DNA of 63,999 nucleotides, counting the filler, from Dirinaria sp. TL-2023a (lineage: Eukaryota): the NCBI GenBank assembly GCA_051941275.1. It is 11 parts of 11 records of this genome, joined end to end, with 100 filler letters (N's around TTAATTAATTAA, not from the genome) between each part and the next. Parts side by side here need not be neighbours in the genome. Positions count along the whole stretch, not along the records: positions 1 to 5,825 come from JAVEBF010001580.1; positions 5,926 to 11,737 come from JAVEBF010001581.1; positions 11,838 to 17,639 come from JAVEBF010001582.1; 8 more parts are not named here. One strand, 5' to 3'. The notes under the pieces are model-generated. The model saw only the letters and a list, made by a program, of their open reading frames with translations. It had not been told where the DNA came from and did not search any database. Below, piece by piece: positions 1 to 12,708 of this stretch (the first letter of the stretch is position 1; each line of letters begins with the position of its first letter). A program made the position numbers and the translations under genes.

Positions 1-971
1 CCGCTAAGTAACACGTCCCCCGCTAAAGTGCTAAACGTCCTCGTACTTCCCATCCCAGATGCCATGCAGCGAACAAGCGTCCACAATCACACTTCTCGAC
101 TATTCGGCTCCATGCTGCCCCGTAGCTTGCATCTAGCTCCAACTTGGCTTACTCGAATCACCGCTTGAGCAACATCAGACGGCACAATTGAATCAGCAAG
201 GGACGAATGGGAGCTTGGGCGGCCAAAGAAGCCAACCTCCTCCTCCTCCTCCCCCCTCCCGCTGCTCCCAACTCTCCGCTGGGAATGGATAACCCTCATA
301 TTACCTTTCCCCCAACTGAAAATCCTCTCTCTCCTAGGTCCTCGCGCTTATCCCACGGACGACGTCAATTCTCCTTTCGCCTAACACTGGTGATGGAGTA
401 GATCACATGGTCCCGTAGGGCAATTTCAGTAGGGGACCTCTCACAGTCCGTACCTGAAGCGCCTTCGCCCGCTTGGCTGACATACGTCCGTCTGCACCTC
501 AATTGATAGGGCAGACTCAAAAATTGCATGTCCCATTATTATTGTCTAAAATAACTCTCGACTGAGCCCTGTACTCTTTCTTCTATCTTTTGAAACTTTT
601 GCCTTCTTTTTTGAAACCTGTATGACCCACGCTCTCTTAACCGAAGCGGCTGTTCCCCATATTATATGTAGTGCACCGCTGTCGTGCATGAAGCTCGTAT
701 ATCTTGAAACGCTTTGCGGTGGGCGCAGGCATTATTGTATCATAGCTATTCCTGAGCTTGCAAACTCAATCGCAGTCAGCCCGCCTGGCATATAGCGTCA
801 AAGGTAGGCTTCCCTCAATTCAATTCGGACCCATGCTTCCTCGGCATATCAGTCAATCTTGCTCAGCGCTTTATGAAGCAATGCTATCAAGCGTTCAAGC
901 CTCTTGCGACTCATCGCGAAGAGGACCAAATGCTAATCTCGTCGCCAGAGCCCAAAAGCGAGGCCTCCGCC

Positions 972-3900
972 ATGTCCGCTGGGCATTTGGCACGGCAACG
1001 CTCTTCGTCTTCAGGTACTAGACCCTCAATCAGGGCTACAACGCCCGTTACCCGCAACCTCGACCTCGACCTTGAATACCAGTTCGAGCCCTGCGCTGCT
1101 ACATCGTCGTTCTTCTTGTACACCCAGGACTCTTCGATTATATGTCTCCATCATGATACCTTGGCTGTCGAACGCCGCTTCGAGCGTCATCGTGATAAGA
1201 TATTACTTTTGGCTGTAGACAATGTTAGCGAACGGGGAGCGGGACGGCTGGTTGCCAGCTACGATGCTGCACAGATCGCAATTGTTTGGGATCTTTTCAC
1301 GGGGAACGAAGTTGCGCGGTTCACTTCGTATGACTCCATCCGAACAGCGGCGTGGATGAAGAATGGAAATGTAGCTTTTGGTACACTTGCACATACCTGG
1401 CCAGGATTTCCTGGGGCTGATGAAGTGTAGGCAACTCTCAAGGGAGCGTCATTCTCTTTGATGTATCAACAAATGAGCATGTCTCGGCTCGTACAATATT
1501 CGACCCTATAACAGCGCTCGCCCCTGCTTCCGATTGTCAGACATACGCTATTGGGTTTGTCCCCTCCTACATCATCTCAAGGATTGACACCTGATCGTTT
1601 ACATATAGCTATCTCAATGGCTCGATATTGATCGTAGCGCTGCAGCCGGCCTTTACAATTCTCCATACGCTGACCACAAACCGAGCTCCTTCACCAATCG
1701 TTACCTTGGCATGGCATGCGTCATCGTCGAAACAAAAATCGGACATGCTGGCAACGCAGACTGCTGATGGGGACCTTCGAGTGTGGAGTGTGGCCAAGCC
1801 AGCTACTGCGGAAACGCCAAAGACAATCAGGATCTTAAAGCAAAGCGATAACACCGAGTCTGGTTTGAACTGGGCCGCTTGGTCCAAGAATGGGCGGATT
1901 CTCCAGTATTCAGCTAGGTAAGCTCTCAACAGGTCTTTGCATCTCGCCTCCTTTAACATAACTAATACGATATTCTAGCGAGACTTGGTCGTGGGATGTC
2001 AGGACAAAACACATCACATGCGAGCCCATCCCCACTGTCGAAGGAGTAACAGCCGTTGCCAATTATGGTCCAACAGCAACACTTTTCACAAAGGGGCCCA
2101 ATCATACCGTGCAGCAGTATGACATGAATCCACCTGCGTTAGTCAAGAACGTTCAGTACATGCCAATGCTGTCCCCTCCGGTGCCCTCAAAAACCCCACA
2201 GCAAGGAACATCGAGTATTCCCGGAACTGCGCCGCCGATGGTGCTTGGTACCTCTGACCAGGTAGGTGGACCAGTAAGTCTGGACACAATACAGCGCAAT
2301 ACGGGAGAGATGCAAGCAGTAGAAAATGCGCAACGCGACCGCTCAGGAATGTCGAGCCCAGTCTCCTTTAGGAGTAGAACTGAGTCAATAAGCTCTCGGT
2401 CATCAAATCCTTACCAATATCAACGCACGAACCCCTCCATCATCTCGTCAAGAGCACCAAGTGGTACGACCTTCTCTACCGTATCCCCCTCGATGTTGGG
2501 ACGGGAGAGCATGTTCTCCGGAGCCTCGTCAATCTTTCCTAAGACTTCATCTATGGCTTCATCTGGTAGACGATCGAAAGGTTCTCGCCTACGCCAGGAA
2601 GTCCTCATGAGCCCAGAGAGCACTTATGTCGATTTGTTTCCTCGAACCAGAATTCGTTTGAGTAATATCTCTGCCTTCCAGCAACCTCAACCCCTTGACC
2701 AAGAGAGCATGTCCGCAGACGATCTTCGAAGACGCATGCTAGAGATTGTATTCGGGTGGGAAGATGATATCGAGCCCTTGATAAGAGACGAATTAGCGTA
2801 CCATAGTCCGGGCTCTACTAGCGCAGTGCTGCTTTCGAAGTGGCTTGGAGAGGTCGACTCTGACATGATGGCAGCTATGATCAGTTCTGGAAGCGTGAGC
2901 TCTTCCGATTGGATGCTGCTGGCACTCAGTCAGATGGGTGGACAAGGAGCAGGTTTAGGCAAGATGGGTCAAGCATTTGTTCAGCGACTACTCTCCCAGG
3001 GGGACTTCCACACCTCTGCCACCATCTTACTAGGCCTCGGTGATCGTGAAGATGCAGTCGAGGTTTATGTGTCCCGAAGCTTTTATATGGAAGCTATCTT
3101 ACTCACATGCTTGGTTTTCCCAACAGACTGGCAGAGGCAAGCGCACCTTGTACGGCGTTGGGGGGAATTCGTGGTTGAAAATTCGCAACAACATCTGGCT
3201 ATGCGATGCTTCACCTGCACTGGAGTGGAACCACCAATTCCCTGGGCATCACCATCAATGCAAGGTCAGAGCACACCATCTCAAGCACCGACAAGTATCT
3301 CGTCAATGCTCAGTCCCCCTGTGTCGCCGCCACCCAGCCTGCGCCCTTCAAATTCTGGGCGAATGACCGCCAAAAATTCGGCCCTGAAGCTTATTACATC
3401 CTTTGGAGGGCCCGACAGATTGCAGGCCACTCGTTTCCCTAGCCTGAAATCTGATGATCGCACGCCTACCAATGCTCCAGGAGTGACGCCTATCGCCGAG
3501 TCCGCAATTTCCGCATCAACTGCAGCACCTAATGGTTTCCTTCGTCCAAGCTCTCGCGGTAGCAATGCGCCCGGAAGGGTCAACACACCAGGAGGATTCC
3601 ACCGGCAACGTCTGCCATCGATCGGGGAGACACCTATCGACGTTGTCGCACCTGTATTTCCTCGGCCAAGTGAGCTTCCTACCCCCAACGACTCTGGTTC
3701 CGATCGAGAAAAAGAGAATCAGCTCAAAGAGATGACTCAGGGAGCGACAGGGTCGCAAGAAACTGATGCAGAAGCGCCACTACTCTTGAGCTCGGCTCGC
3801 TATGACCCAGGTAGCGCCATTCCAGGGAAGAGTCCGATCACGGCACTGCCAGAATCGGATTTACGCACGGCAACGATGCCGAACCCTCCCCAAGAGCAGT

Positions 3901-5825
3901 TCGCGGCTTTCAAAGAAAAGTCACGTGCTCGGAACGGATCACGGGATAGAAAACCAGACGGCCTTCATATCCAAATGCCGAACCAAGGCCAGATACAAAC
4001 GACGTATGTCACAGCTTCACGGCTTGGCTCGAGTGCAGACCTTGGGAAGTACAGCTCCAACTCTTTGCCATTCCCATCCGGTGGCTTGTCGACCGGGTGC
4101 ACTGATCCTCGAAGTGATACCAGGAGTCCTCCACTGACTGGTGCAAGCTGGTCGACCAAAAGTCCCAGTGTGAGCAGCCGAAGCATTGACCAGTACATCA
4201 GCAGTCTCGAAGAAGCGGGCTACCGCCAACGTAAGAATAAAAACGCGGTCCAGCGGAGGGACCGTAGCCGCGACAGTAGGTCAAGTACGAAGGAGCGGAA
4301 ATCTCGCAGCAAACCACGGCCTAGGGACTTGTCCGAGGATCGTAGTAAGCACAACCAGCGCTACGTGAGACCAGCAAAGAGATCTCCATCATCCCCTGTA
4401 CCGATGTCGCCAGAGGACCTTAACCTTTACAGAAATACTAACCAGAGCGTGGAAAGCCTTGAATCTCAATGGGCTCGCTCTTCCATCGGTGAAAGCAGGC
4501 ACGGTCGCGAGCCTAATACACCCAAGGGGGTCAATAAACTCAGGTCCGGTTCGAAGGCTTCTGACTTCTCCTCTCGCACTGTGAGACGGAGATCCCCAGA
4601 TGTCTATCTTGACAGTCAACTTGGAAGTGAAGCCAGCTACACTGGAAAAAGTCAAACCAGTAGCCGCCGCGCAAGCCCCACCGGCCTTCTAGATCCTTCC
4701 GGCCGGGGCAGAAGTAAGTCGAAGACTGGAGGATCAATCGTCCGATCACCTTCGTCGCCACTTCCGATGTCACCCCAGGCAAAATACTACAAGGACAGTG
4801 ACGATGAAACAGACCCGTTGCGGCTAGTGGAAGCAAACCGTCAGAGGCTTCGGTCAAGGCAGCGCAGCTCCAGTAGGAAGCCGCGCGATCGGGCTTTGTC
4901 ATCGCGCCGAGACAAGTCTCCTGACCATCGGCGGAAGGAGGAGGATCATCGTACTCGACGTTCAGACGATGGGGAAAGTATACCGCAGCCTCAATCCGCA
5001 ATTGAGCAACGCGTTTCTTCCAGTGAGATTTTCGCCATGGGCGCTGACCAGTCAACTCTTGTTCGTGAAAGGATGGAAAGGGCGGCTAAGAAGGAACTGG
5101 CAGCCCGAGAACTGGAAGCCAGAAGGATATCGCTGGCTAGACGGACGGACGCCCCTCCAATTCATCCTGCCGAAATCTACAGTAGCAGTAGACCTTCCAT
5201 TGGCATGCGTTCCCAGACTGACCTGAGCAATTTTCCAACTTCAGGGACGAGTCCGGTACCAGAACAGCAAGGTCAGCAAGGGTTTCTTCCAGTGACCCCT
5301 CCGCGTGCAAACTTCAACGAGCTACAGAGCCGCGCGGCCAGTGTAGGACCCTACGGTCTTCCAGCGACTCCACGTGCAATGCGCCATCCTAAGTACGATC
5401 CAAAAGAAGACCATCGCATTCCTGCCGTACCCGAGGTTCCAGATAATGTGGAAACTTTGGCAGAAACATACTACACTGGTCAGCCCATGGTAGAGCTTCC
5501 ACGCTCAATGTCTGCCCCAATCCCCCACCAACCGCAACATTTACCAGAAGACCTTCCCACGCACCCAGCCTTTCACAAAGGCCTTCGTCCCACCAAGCAA
5601 GGAAGTGCCTTTTCTCCGCTGGGGGATATCGGCGCACATCGCCCAAGGCCATCCGCTGATGCTTCTTCCGGGGCGCACATGCCAGTGACCGTCAGCATTG
5701 ATCAAACCCTGCATGCAGCAGACTCGAGCGTCCAGATCATAACCGTCGAAGATCCGCCTCTTCTCCCAGAGTTGCAGCATCTCGCAGGCAACAACGCTGG
5801 CGCTTTGCCACCCCCTCCTCCACCC
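972..5825 (+). CDS. WD40-repeat protein with a central helical (Gemin5 TPR-like) module and a long Ser/Arg-rich disordered C-terminus; 3'-truncated at the contig end
   Basis: Four exons (972-1380, 1431-1554, 1609-1917, 1979->5825) join in frame across GT..AG introns. WD repeats include AIVWDLFTG, DLRVWSV and TWSWDVR. The helical block reads FVQRLLSQGDFHTSATILLGLGDREDAVEVY. The start could be 930 or 873 instead. Confidence 0.85.
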
Positions 5826-5925
5826 NNNNNNNNNNNNNNNNNNNNNNNNNNNNNNNNNNNNNNNNNNNNTTAATTAATTAANNNNNNNNNNNNNNNNNNN
5901 NNNNNNNNNNNNNNNNNNNNNNNNN
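5826..5925. other. Artificial contig-joining spacer
   Basis: 44 N + TTAATTAATTAA (stops in all six frames) + 44 N. Confidence 0.99.
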
Positions 5926-6749
5926 ACGTTGTTTTGTCCGGCGGGACGAGACGAAGCTCGGGAGTGGCATGAGAACGAGGGGGGTTCAAAGAATAGGTTA
6001 TCAAGTGATTGAGAGTTCTAGGAAGGTGGGTAACGAATATGTGATAGCGGTAGGAGCAGATGATTCGGGTGATGATGAGGGCATTCAAATCGCTAGTAGA
6101 TTCGGAGACATCGTGAATAGGTGGAATAGTAAAAGGCGAAAACCCAGCTCATACAGGGTGATGGATTGAATCTCACAGCACCATAAGAATAGTAGTTTAG
6201 TATCCAATCCGTCAAACCACTCCGTCTTTCAGGTCCAGCGAGCCTCTCTCGCCGAGGGATCCGTGGGGAGCTTCTACGGACGACGTCACTTTTAGGCGCA
6301 ACCTCTAGCTATCAACTAACCCCAGCCCAGCTCCCCGTCTAGCCCCAATCCAGTCAAGAGTGCGGTCTGCTTCGCTGCTTCGGCTGCTTCTTAACCGTCA
6401 AGATTATTACTTTATGCATACGCAACCTGCGAGAGCTTGCAGGCATCGCATATGGTTGGATACAGGGCCAATCTTTACGCATGCGTGCGGGCCCAGCCTT
6501 CCGCCCCTGGTGCTTTGCGTCATCCTAGCAAGCCTGGCATCTTGTGATAGTTTTTGTCTCTGGCGAAGCTCGGTAGTAGTCACGAAGACGGCGGCAACTG
6601 ATCCAACCTTTCTATGCACGAATTCTTTACCTGTATTTCTTAAGTATCACTATGCCACCAGATTGAGGTAGCTGCTCGAAGGGTTTTCCCTGATCCATAC
6701 TTGTATCTTTATCCCTACAACCTACAACCTTGCAAGTCCCGCCGTTGAG

Positions 6750-8225
6750 ATGCTGCGCTCTTTGCTGTTCGCTATAATCCTCGCTACGGAGGCCAATGCC
6801 CAGACAAATCAGCTCACGCTCACTGGTACTGGCTCATTGTCGTCGTCGTCGATACCTTTTCTAGGCGGCGACCTGGTGCCGACAGGTACTCAAGTTACAT
6901 ATAAAACGTATACCGGCACGACTACTATTCCCTCCGGCAGCCTGAGCGGCTCGATAGCGCTACTTGCAACAACCATCGCAGTGGCCAATGGCTCCATCAT
7001 ATCTCCCTCATCATCAGGCACCTCAAGCTCGTCGCGATCAGTGACTCTCCTTCAAGGCGGTCAAGGAGCCTTCCCCACCACCACTGCCGCTGCCAATCGT
7101 ACTTCAAATTCCACAACCAGCAGCACCACCACCTCATCTGCTCAACCTACGAACACACAAGCGTGCAATAATTACCCTGAATTCTGTGGCCGAAAGTATA
7201 GTAACGTGACCTACATAGCCGCCCACAACTCTCCCTTTGTCAACGCCAACAATGCTGCTGCGAATCAAATCTACGGCGTCGTTGACCAGCTGAATGACGG
7301 GGTTCGCATGCTGCAAGGGCAGACCCACTTCTTCGACAATAACATCTACTACTGCCACACCTCCTGTGACCTTCTGAATGCCGGCAGCGCAGTGTCCTAC
7401 TTTGCGAACATCACCAACTGGATCCGCGAGCACCCTTTCGAAGTCGTCACGCTTCTGATCGGTAACAGCGACTTCCGGAATGTGACCGACTACGTCGCGC
7501 CTCTGCAGCAATCCGGCCTCTCCAACTACGCCTACACTCCGCCCAAGATACCGATGGCGATAGACGACTGGCCAACCCTCTCGTCCATGATCCTTCAACG
7601 CAAACAGGTAGTCATATTCATGGACTACAACGCCAATCAAACCGAGGTGCCATGGATCCTGGACGAGTTCAGCCAAGTCTGGGAAACGCCGTTCAGCCCT
7701 ACAAACGCCAGTTTCCCTTGCACCCAGGACCGACCCCCGGGACTGAGCCAGCAGGACGCGGAGAACAGGATGTATCTGGCGAACCATAATCTAAACACCG
7801 AGATCACAGCGCTAGGCCTCAGTATCCTGGTGCCGACGGTCCCTCTGATCAACCAGACGAACGGATTGAACGGGAGCGGAAGCCTTGGTGCCATGGTAGA
7901 TGATTGTTCCGGTGAGTGAGATCCTCTCCCCCAAAATACTTTTTTTTCCCGCCTGGCTTTTTTTCACAAGTGGTAACGTTTACTAGCTCGATGGCCGCGC
8001 CCCCCCAATTTCCTGCTCGTAGACTACTACAACGACGGCAGCTACCCGGGCTCCGTCTTCGAGTCCGCGTCCAGGGCCAATAACGTCACGTACCATCGTC
8101 GGCCGTGCTGCGGTTTAGATCAGGGGAATTCGGCGTCGTCGTCGATGCATAGGCCTAATAATATAGTGCTGTTGTTGGGGACTGTTGTCGGTGTCTTCCT
8201 GGGGGAGTTGTTGTTTTTTTCGTAG
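6750..8225 (+). CDS. Secreted, probably GPI-anchored PLC-like phosphodiesterase (PI-PLC X-domain-like)
   Basis: Signal peptide MLRSLLFAIILATEANA, then a Ser/Thr-rich linker and the motifs AAHNSPF, QLNDGVRMLQ, CHTSC and NHNLN. Intron 7912-7986 (GTGAGT..TAG). Exon 2 reads RPPNFLLVDYYN...CCG and ends in the hydrophobic tail IVLLLGTVVGVFLGELLFFS*. Confidence 0.88.
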
Positions 8226-8702
8226 GGTAGGGGTAATAGATAAAAAAGTACATTGATGAATTAGGATAGGGATAGGATAGAATAAATGACAACCGGGATT
8301 TTGAAGGTTTTTTTTTTAAAAGGGGGGAAAATGGTGATGATGATAATGGTCTTGAATTCGCTCGCTGGCTGGAGAGAAGTAATCTATCGCACAAGCCATT
8401 GATTTGATTTAAATGCATGCTGATGTGAAACAGATCTTTCATCCTCTCGAGCGCGCAACCACAAAAAGGAAAACCCTTCTTTCCTGACCAGGTACATCAT
8501 ATTAATCTCCACCACCACGACGATAAAACATTCTGTGTGTATCGGCCTTTCCCTTGAAGTCCATACCATATTCTTCTGGTCCCTAGTCCCATTCTCTGAT
8601 TTTTTTCCTTCACTTTCATTCCTCCCTTCCTCAGATCCGCGCTACTACCAAAACCCGCTACTTAACAAAACAACTTTGGTCCAATACTCTTAACAAAAAA
8701 CA

Positions 8703-9270
8703 TTATCGGCCAAATCGGGTCCTCAAATCTAATTCTGAATTCTTCCGACCACTCGATTCGATGATTAAAAAAGGGTTCGATCGAGGGTGGTGATGCCAGG
8801 GTGCAGATTAGAGAGGTTCGCCGCGGCGCAGATAATGCTGAGATTTGGTTTCTTTTTTTTGGGGCGCTGGTTTTTTGTTTTGTCTGGGTGAGATTTTGGT
8901 TAGTTTTTGCTTGGTTCGACGGTTGGTGGAGGAGGATTTACTTGAACACTAGGGCTCGATGGCAGGCATTCCAACTGCTATTATCGGCCATAATCGGGTC
9001 CTCAAATCTAAATCTTCCGCCCACTCGATTCGATGTTAAAACAGGGTTCGAGGGTAGTTACTTTATGCATGCATGCCAGCACACGTTTACTGGTGCAGAA
9101 TTCAGAGAGGTCGCCGCGGCGCAGATAATGTTGAGGTTTGGGGGGGTTTTTTTTTTGGTTAATGTTCTAAGCTGGGTTTTTTGTCTTATCTGGGGGAGAT
9201 GCTGGTTGGTTTTTGCTTGGTTCGACGGTTGGTGGAGGACTTTACCTGAACACTCGGGCTCTATGGCATT
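8703..9270. repeat. Diverged tandem duplication, two units of about 270-290 bp
   Basis: Unit 1 (~8703-8970) and unit 2 (~8981-9270) share AATCGGGTCCTCAAATCTAA, CCACTCGATTCGATG, CGCCGCGGCGCAGATAATG and TTTTTGCTTGGTTCGACGGTTGGTGGAGGA. Confidence 0.9.
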
Positions 9271-9730
9271 GGTTTGTCTTTGTCGAGTCATCCATTTGTG
9301 TTTCTTGGATGCTGAGGAAGTGCTTGTCTCCCATTATCTGAGGGAGTCGTAGCGGTGATCTGAGCAGAGGCTGGTGGTGGATTGTATGAGGAGGGATGAG
9401 GTAGATCAAACGTCTCTTGCTCGTCGTCGGTATTCATGAGTATTGGGAGCCTTGCCGGTTCTGTATTTCTCAAAGGATATGGAGCTCTTTGGTGCAGGTG
9501 ATCACCGGCCATGTGGAGGAGTTGCGGCAGCTTTCTCCTATCCTAGCTTTCTTTTGTGGCTGACAACTGGCGGAATGCTTTCTTTCGGCGGCGGATTAGG
9601 AGTCGAAGGGTCATAGTACCTTTGACTATGCTCGATGTCGTGAACAGGGGAAGAACTCGTTCGAAGACAGTGCAAAAGTCGGATGGTCCAAGCCTTCTTC
9701 GTACTTTGATGTCGCGTGCCGGAAATGGGG

Positions 9731-9875
9731 AAAACGCCTGTAAAAAAATGCCGAAACTCCGAAAAACAAATCCCGCTCGCTGATGATGATGTGCTGGAAT
9801 AATGGTGAAAAAACGCCTTGAAAACATGCCGAAACTCCGAAAGCAAATGCTGCTGGTTGGAATAATGCCGGAAAA
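9731..9875. repeat. Short diverged tandem duplication (~75-bp units)
   Basis: AAAACGCCT...ATGCCGAAACTCCGAAA...TGGAATAATG occurs twice. Confidence 0.75.
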
Positions 9876-9971
9876 AGAGAGAGAGCTCGCTTAGAAGGAT
9901 ATCGAAAAGCAGACCGCATGCTGTGTGGGGCTGGTTAGGGGGTGACTCGGTTGTCTGACGGTTGCGAGGTT

Positions 9972-10313
9972 CTAGTGACGACCCGGCGTCTGAAGGCGTG
10001 CCGAGCGCCGTGGTTGGAAGTCTGGGCCAGGTTGTGATCTGGCCCTCCTCGTCCGTCGTTGCGCACCTTGAGGTTGGGTCTCCTGACCCACCTCTGTTTC
10101 TTGAGGCGCGTGAGTCTCTCCCCCTTCGCCGTCTTCGTCGTCTTCACCGCCCTCACCGCCATCGCCCCCATTGTCATCTGAACGGCCGACAACAGGGGCG
10201 ATCTGGCCGTATACTCCATCGGCCCCGATCCCAAACACCGGCTCCTCGTCGTCGTCGGATGGTGTGCGTTCGGCGTCTCGCGCCGCTAGGGCTTGACGCA
10301 ACACCGGATCCAT

Positions 10314-10345
<32 letters not shown>

Positions 10346-11717
10346 TTATCTCCGGGCTCTGGGATACCTCCTCGAGGAAGGATGCGTCTAGGTAGCCCGA
10401 GCGAGGTTGCTCGGGCGAGCCTTCCGCGGAGGTGGGGCTGTGGCTGGGCCCCTCCTCCTCGATGGATGGCATCCCGTACCCCGTCGCCGGCGGAGTCGTT
10501 CGGATGCGCTTTGGCCGGTTTGATGCTTCTTCGGACTCCGCATCGCTGGAGTCGTCGGCCTTTCTCTTGCTTGATGGGTTGAGGGATGGGTCCCCAACCA
10601 CATCGACCTCAAAGAGGTCTCCACCAAAGAACGACTCCGCCGACCGCGGAGGAGCACGGCGCTTGCTGATGGCTGGGCTAGATCCGGTGTCTAGCCCCGG
10701 CCCGAGCAATGTCTCCCAATGCTTCTCCCGATTGATTGACGACTGGTCAATCACCGGGGCTCCCTCCTCCAGGTCGTCGTAGTCCACGAGCTCGTTAGCG
10801 TCGTGACTGCTGGAGTGCTCCTGAGGGAGCCCCGATTGACCGACCGGTGTCGGGTCGTCAACCACCGTGGCCGCGGCAGCTCCTGTGGCTTGCAGGCCAT
10901 TGTCGTCTTCCTTCTCCGACTCCGTGTCCGAATCCGCTTGCGCCATTGCGGTCGCGTAGACCTTGGCGAGCTTCTTCCGCATCTCCTTTCGGACCGGATG
11001 CGCCAACTCCCTCTTCAACTCTTTGATGGCTTTGGCCTTCAGTTCCGCCCGAACTGAATGCCCCATCTTCTCCTTCTCCGCTTCGTACATCTTCTCATAT
11101 TCTTCCCCACGAAGCTGGGTCTTGATCTCCTCGGCCATCTTGGCCCTCTCCTCTTCCTTCATCTTCTCCTTCTCCGCCTCCATCTCCTCAGCCATCTTGG
11201 CTCTCATCTCTGCTCTCAACTTCTCCCGCTCCGCCTCGATATCTGCTCGCAACTTCTGCCATTTGGCAGAAGCCCAGTCCTCCTCCATCGCCCGTCGGGC
11301 CTCAGCGACCATCGACTTCTCGACGTCGGCCTTCATCTCTTGCCGCAGGCTCTCCTGGACGATGGTCTTCCACGCCCCGACAGTCGGTTCACACTCCGCG
11401 TACACTTGTTGGCGGAGCTCTTCCTCGTAGTACCGTCGGATTTGATTGATAGCGGCATCGATGATGCCGTCTTTCATCGCATCCTGGGTCTTGGGACCCT
11501 GTTCGCCGACCGCACGTTTGCTTCGCTGGGCCTCGAGTTGCTGACGCACACGGTATTCAATGGTGCCCTTCTCGAGGACCTTTCCAGTCTCAGCGACCAC
11601 GTTGGAGCTGGTTGTCTCAGCGGCGGTGTTGTCTTTTGGCGCTGTATCTTTCTGGGCGGACGGCGTCAAAGTGTTCGTAACACCGAAAGCGTACTTGGAC
11701 TTTGGAGCTTGAGACAT
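9972..11717 (-). CDS. Hypothetical coiled-coil protein with an acidic, disordered C-terminus
   Basis: 581-aa GC-rich open ORF. E/K/A/M-rich helical region with repeated EAE(R/K)EK and RAKMAEE, a poly-E tract and an NLS-like KRKADD...RPKRIR. Confidence 0.7.
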
Positions 11718-11737
11718 TGTTGCGGCTGGATGGTACG

Positions 11738-11837
11738 NNNNNNNNNNNNNNNNNNNNNNNNNNNNNNNNNNNNNNNNNNNNTTAATTAATTAANNNNNNN
11801 NNNNNNNNNNNNNNNNNNNNNNNNNNNNNNNNNNNNN
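11738..11837. other. Artificial contig-joining spacer
   Basis: N44-TTAATTAATTAA-N44. Confidence 0.99.
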
Positions 11838-12150
11838 AGATCATACAGTAACTCCCATGCACAATCAAGGGAAAGAAACATACCAATCCCTCTAAAGTAT
11901 TTTGTATAGTAGTCAGCGCATGGTTTCCATCTATCAAAATATGTATAGCGTGTAAGTGTAAGGTTAAGCGTAAGGCCAGGGTAAAAGGAGGTGTGGCAGA
12001 AGCTTTTATCTAGAACGCTCCCAGCACCGCCTCAGGCGTTCGCAACTTGCTTCAATAATTCCTGGCTTCAAAACATCGGTATTTCATTCGTATGAGCGCA
12101 TCCAAAAGCACTTCGCGGGAGAAAAGTATTCAAGTCCAAAAAACAAAATG

Positions 12151-12307
12151 AAAAAAAAAAAAAAGGTTGCCTCACCCCTGAATCGAACCCTGTCCCAAAA
12201 AAAAAAGAGGGCAACCGATATCCCAATTGCTACACCCTCGGATTCCACAAAGGACATGGGCTACTAATGCAGAGTTGGAGCTCTCTTCAAACTTGAACCA
12301 ACACGGC
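12151..12307 (-). ncRNA. Pol III-type tRNA-like element (degenerate tRNA pseudogene or unidentified small RNA)
   Basis: On the minus strand: TATA run ~30 nt upstream (12337-12346), A-box/D-arm-like TGGTTCAAGTTTGAAGAGAGC, B box GGTTCGATTC (12180-12189) and a terminal T14. The cloverleaf pairs poorly and there is an internal T10. Confidence 0.35.
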
Positions 12308-12708
12308 TGCCGTGAAAACCCTTGGCAATATTATCTTATATATATATTGATTTCTGATGTTTTATTACTTCATGCTAATCGTGGATTATCCCTTAAAAAA
12401 AAAGGAGGTTGGGGGGGCAGGGAAGCTACTGAATTTGCTTGCCTCTTATACTGAAGCGAGCGAAGGTACATATATACATATACGATTTATCCAATGCTCA
12501 GAACAAAAAATGACCTTTTCACGAAAAGCTTGAGATTGTGCTATCAAGGTACATTGAGATAACTACTTTGCCTTTGTTCTATTGCTACCCATGTAAATGG
12601 CCAGGTTTGCATTCCAACATGTCGAACATATCTCCAGTAATTTACTTTCCAAAAAAAAAAAAAAAAAAAATATTCTTCCTCTCACTCCCTACCCTCGACC
12701 GTTACGCA

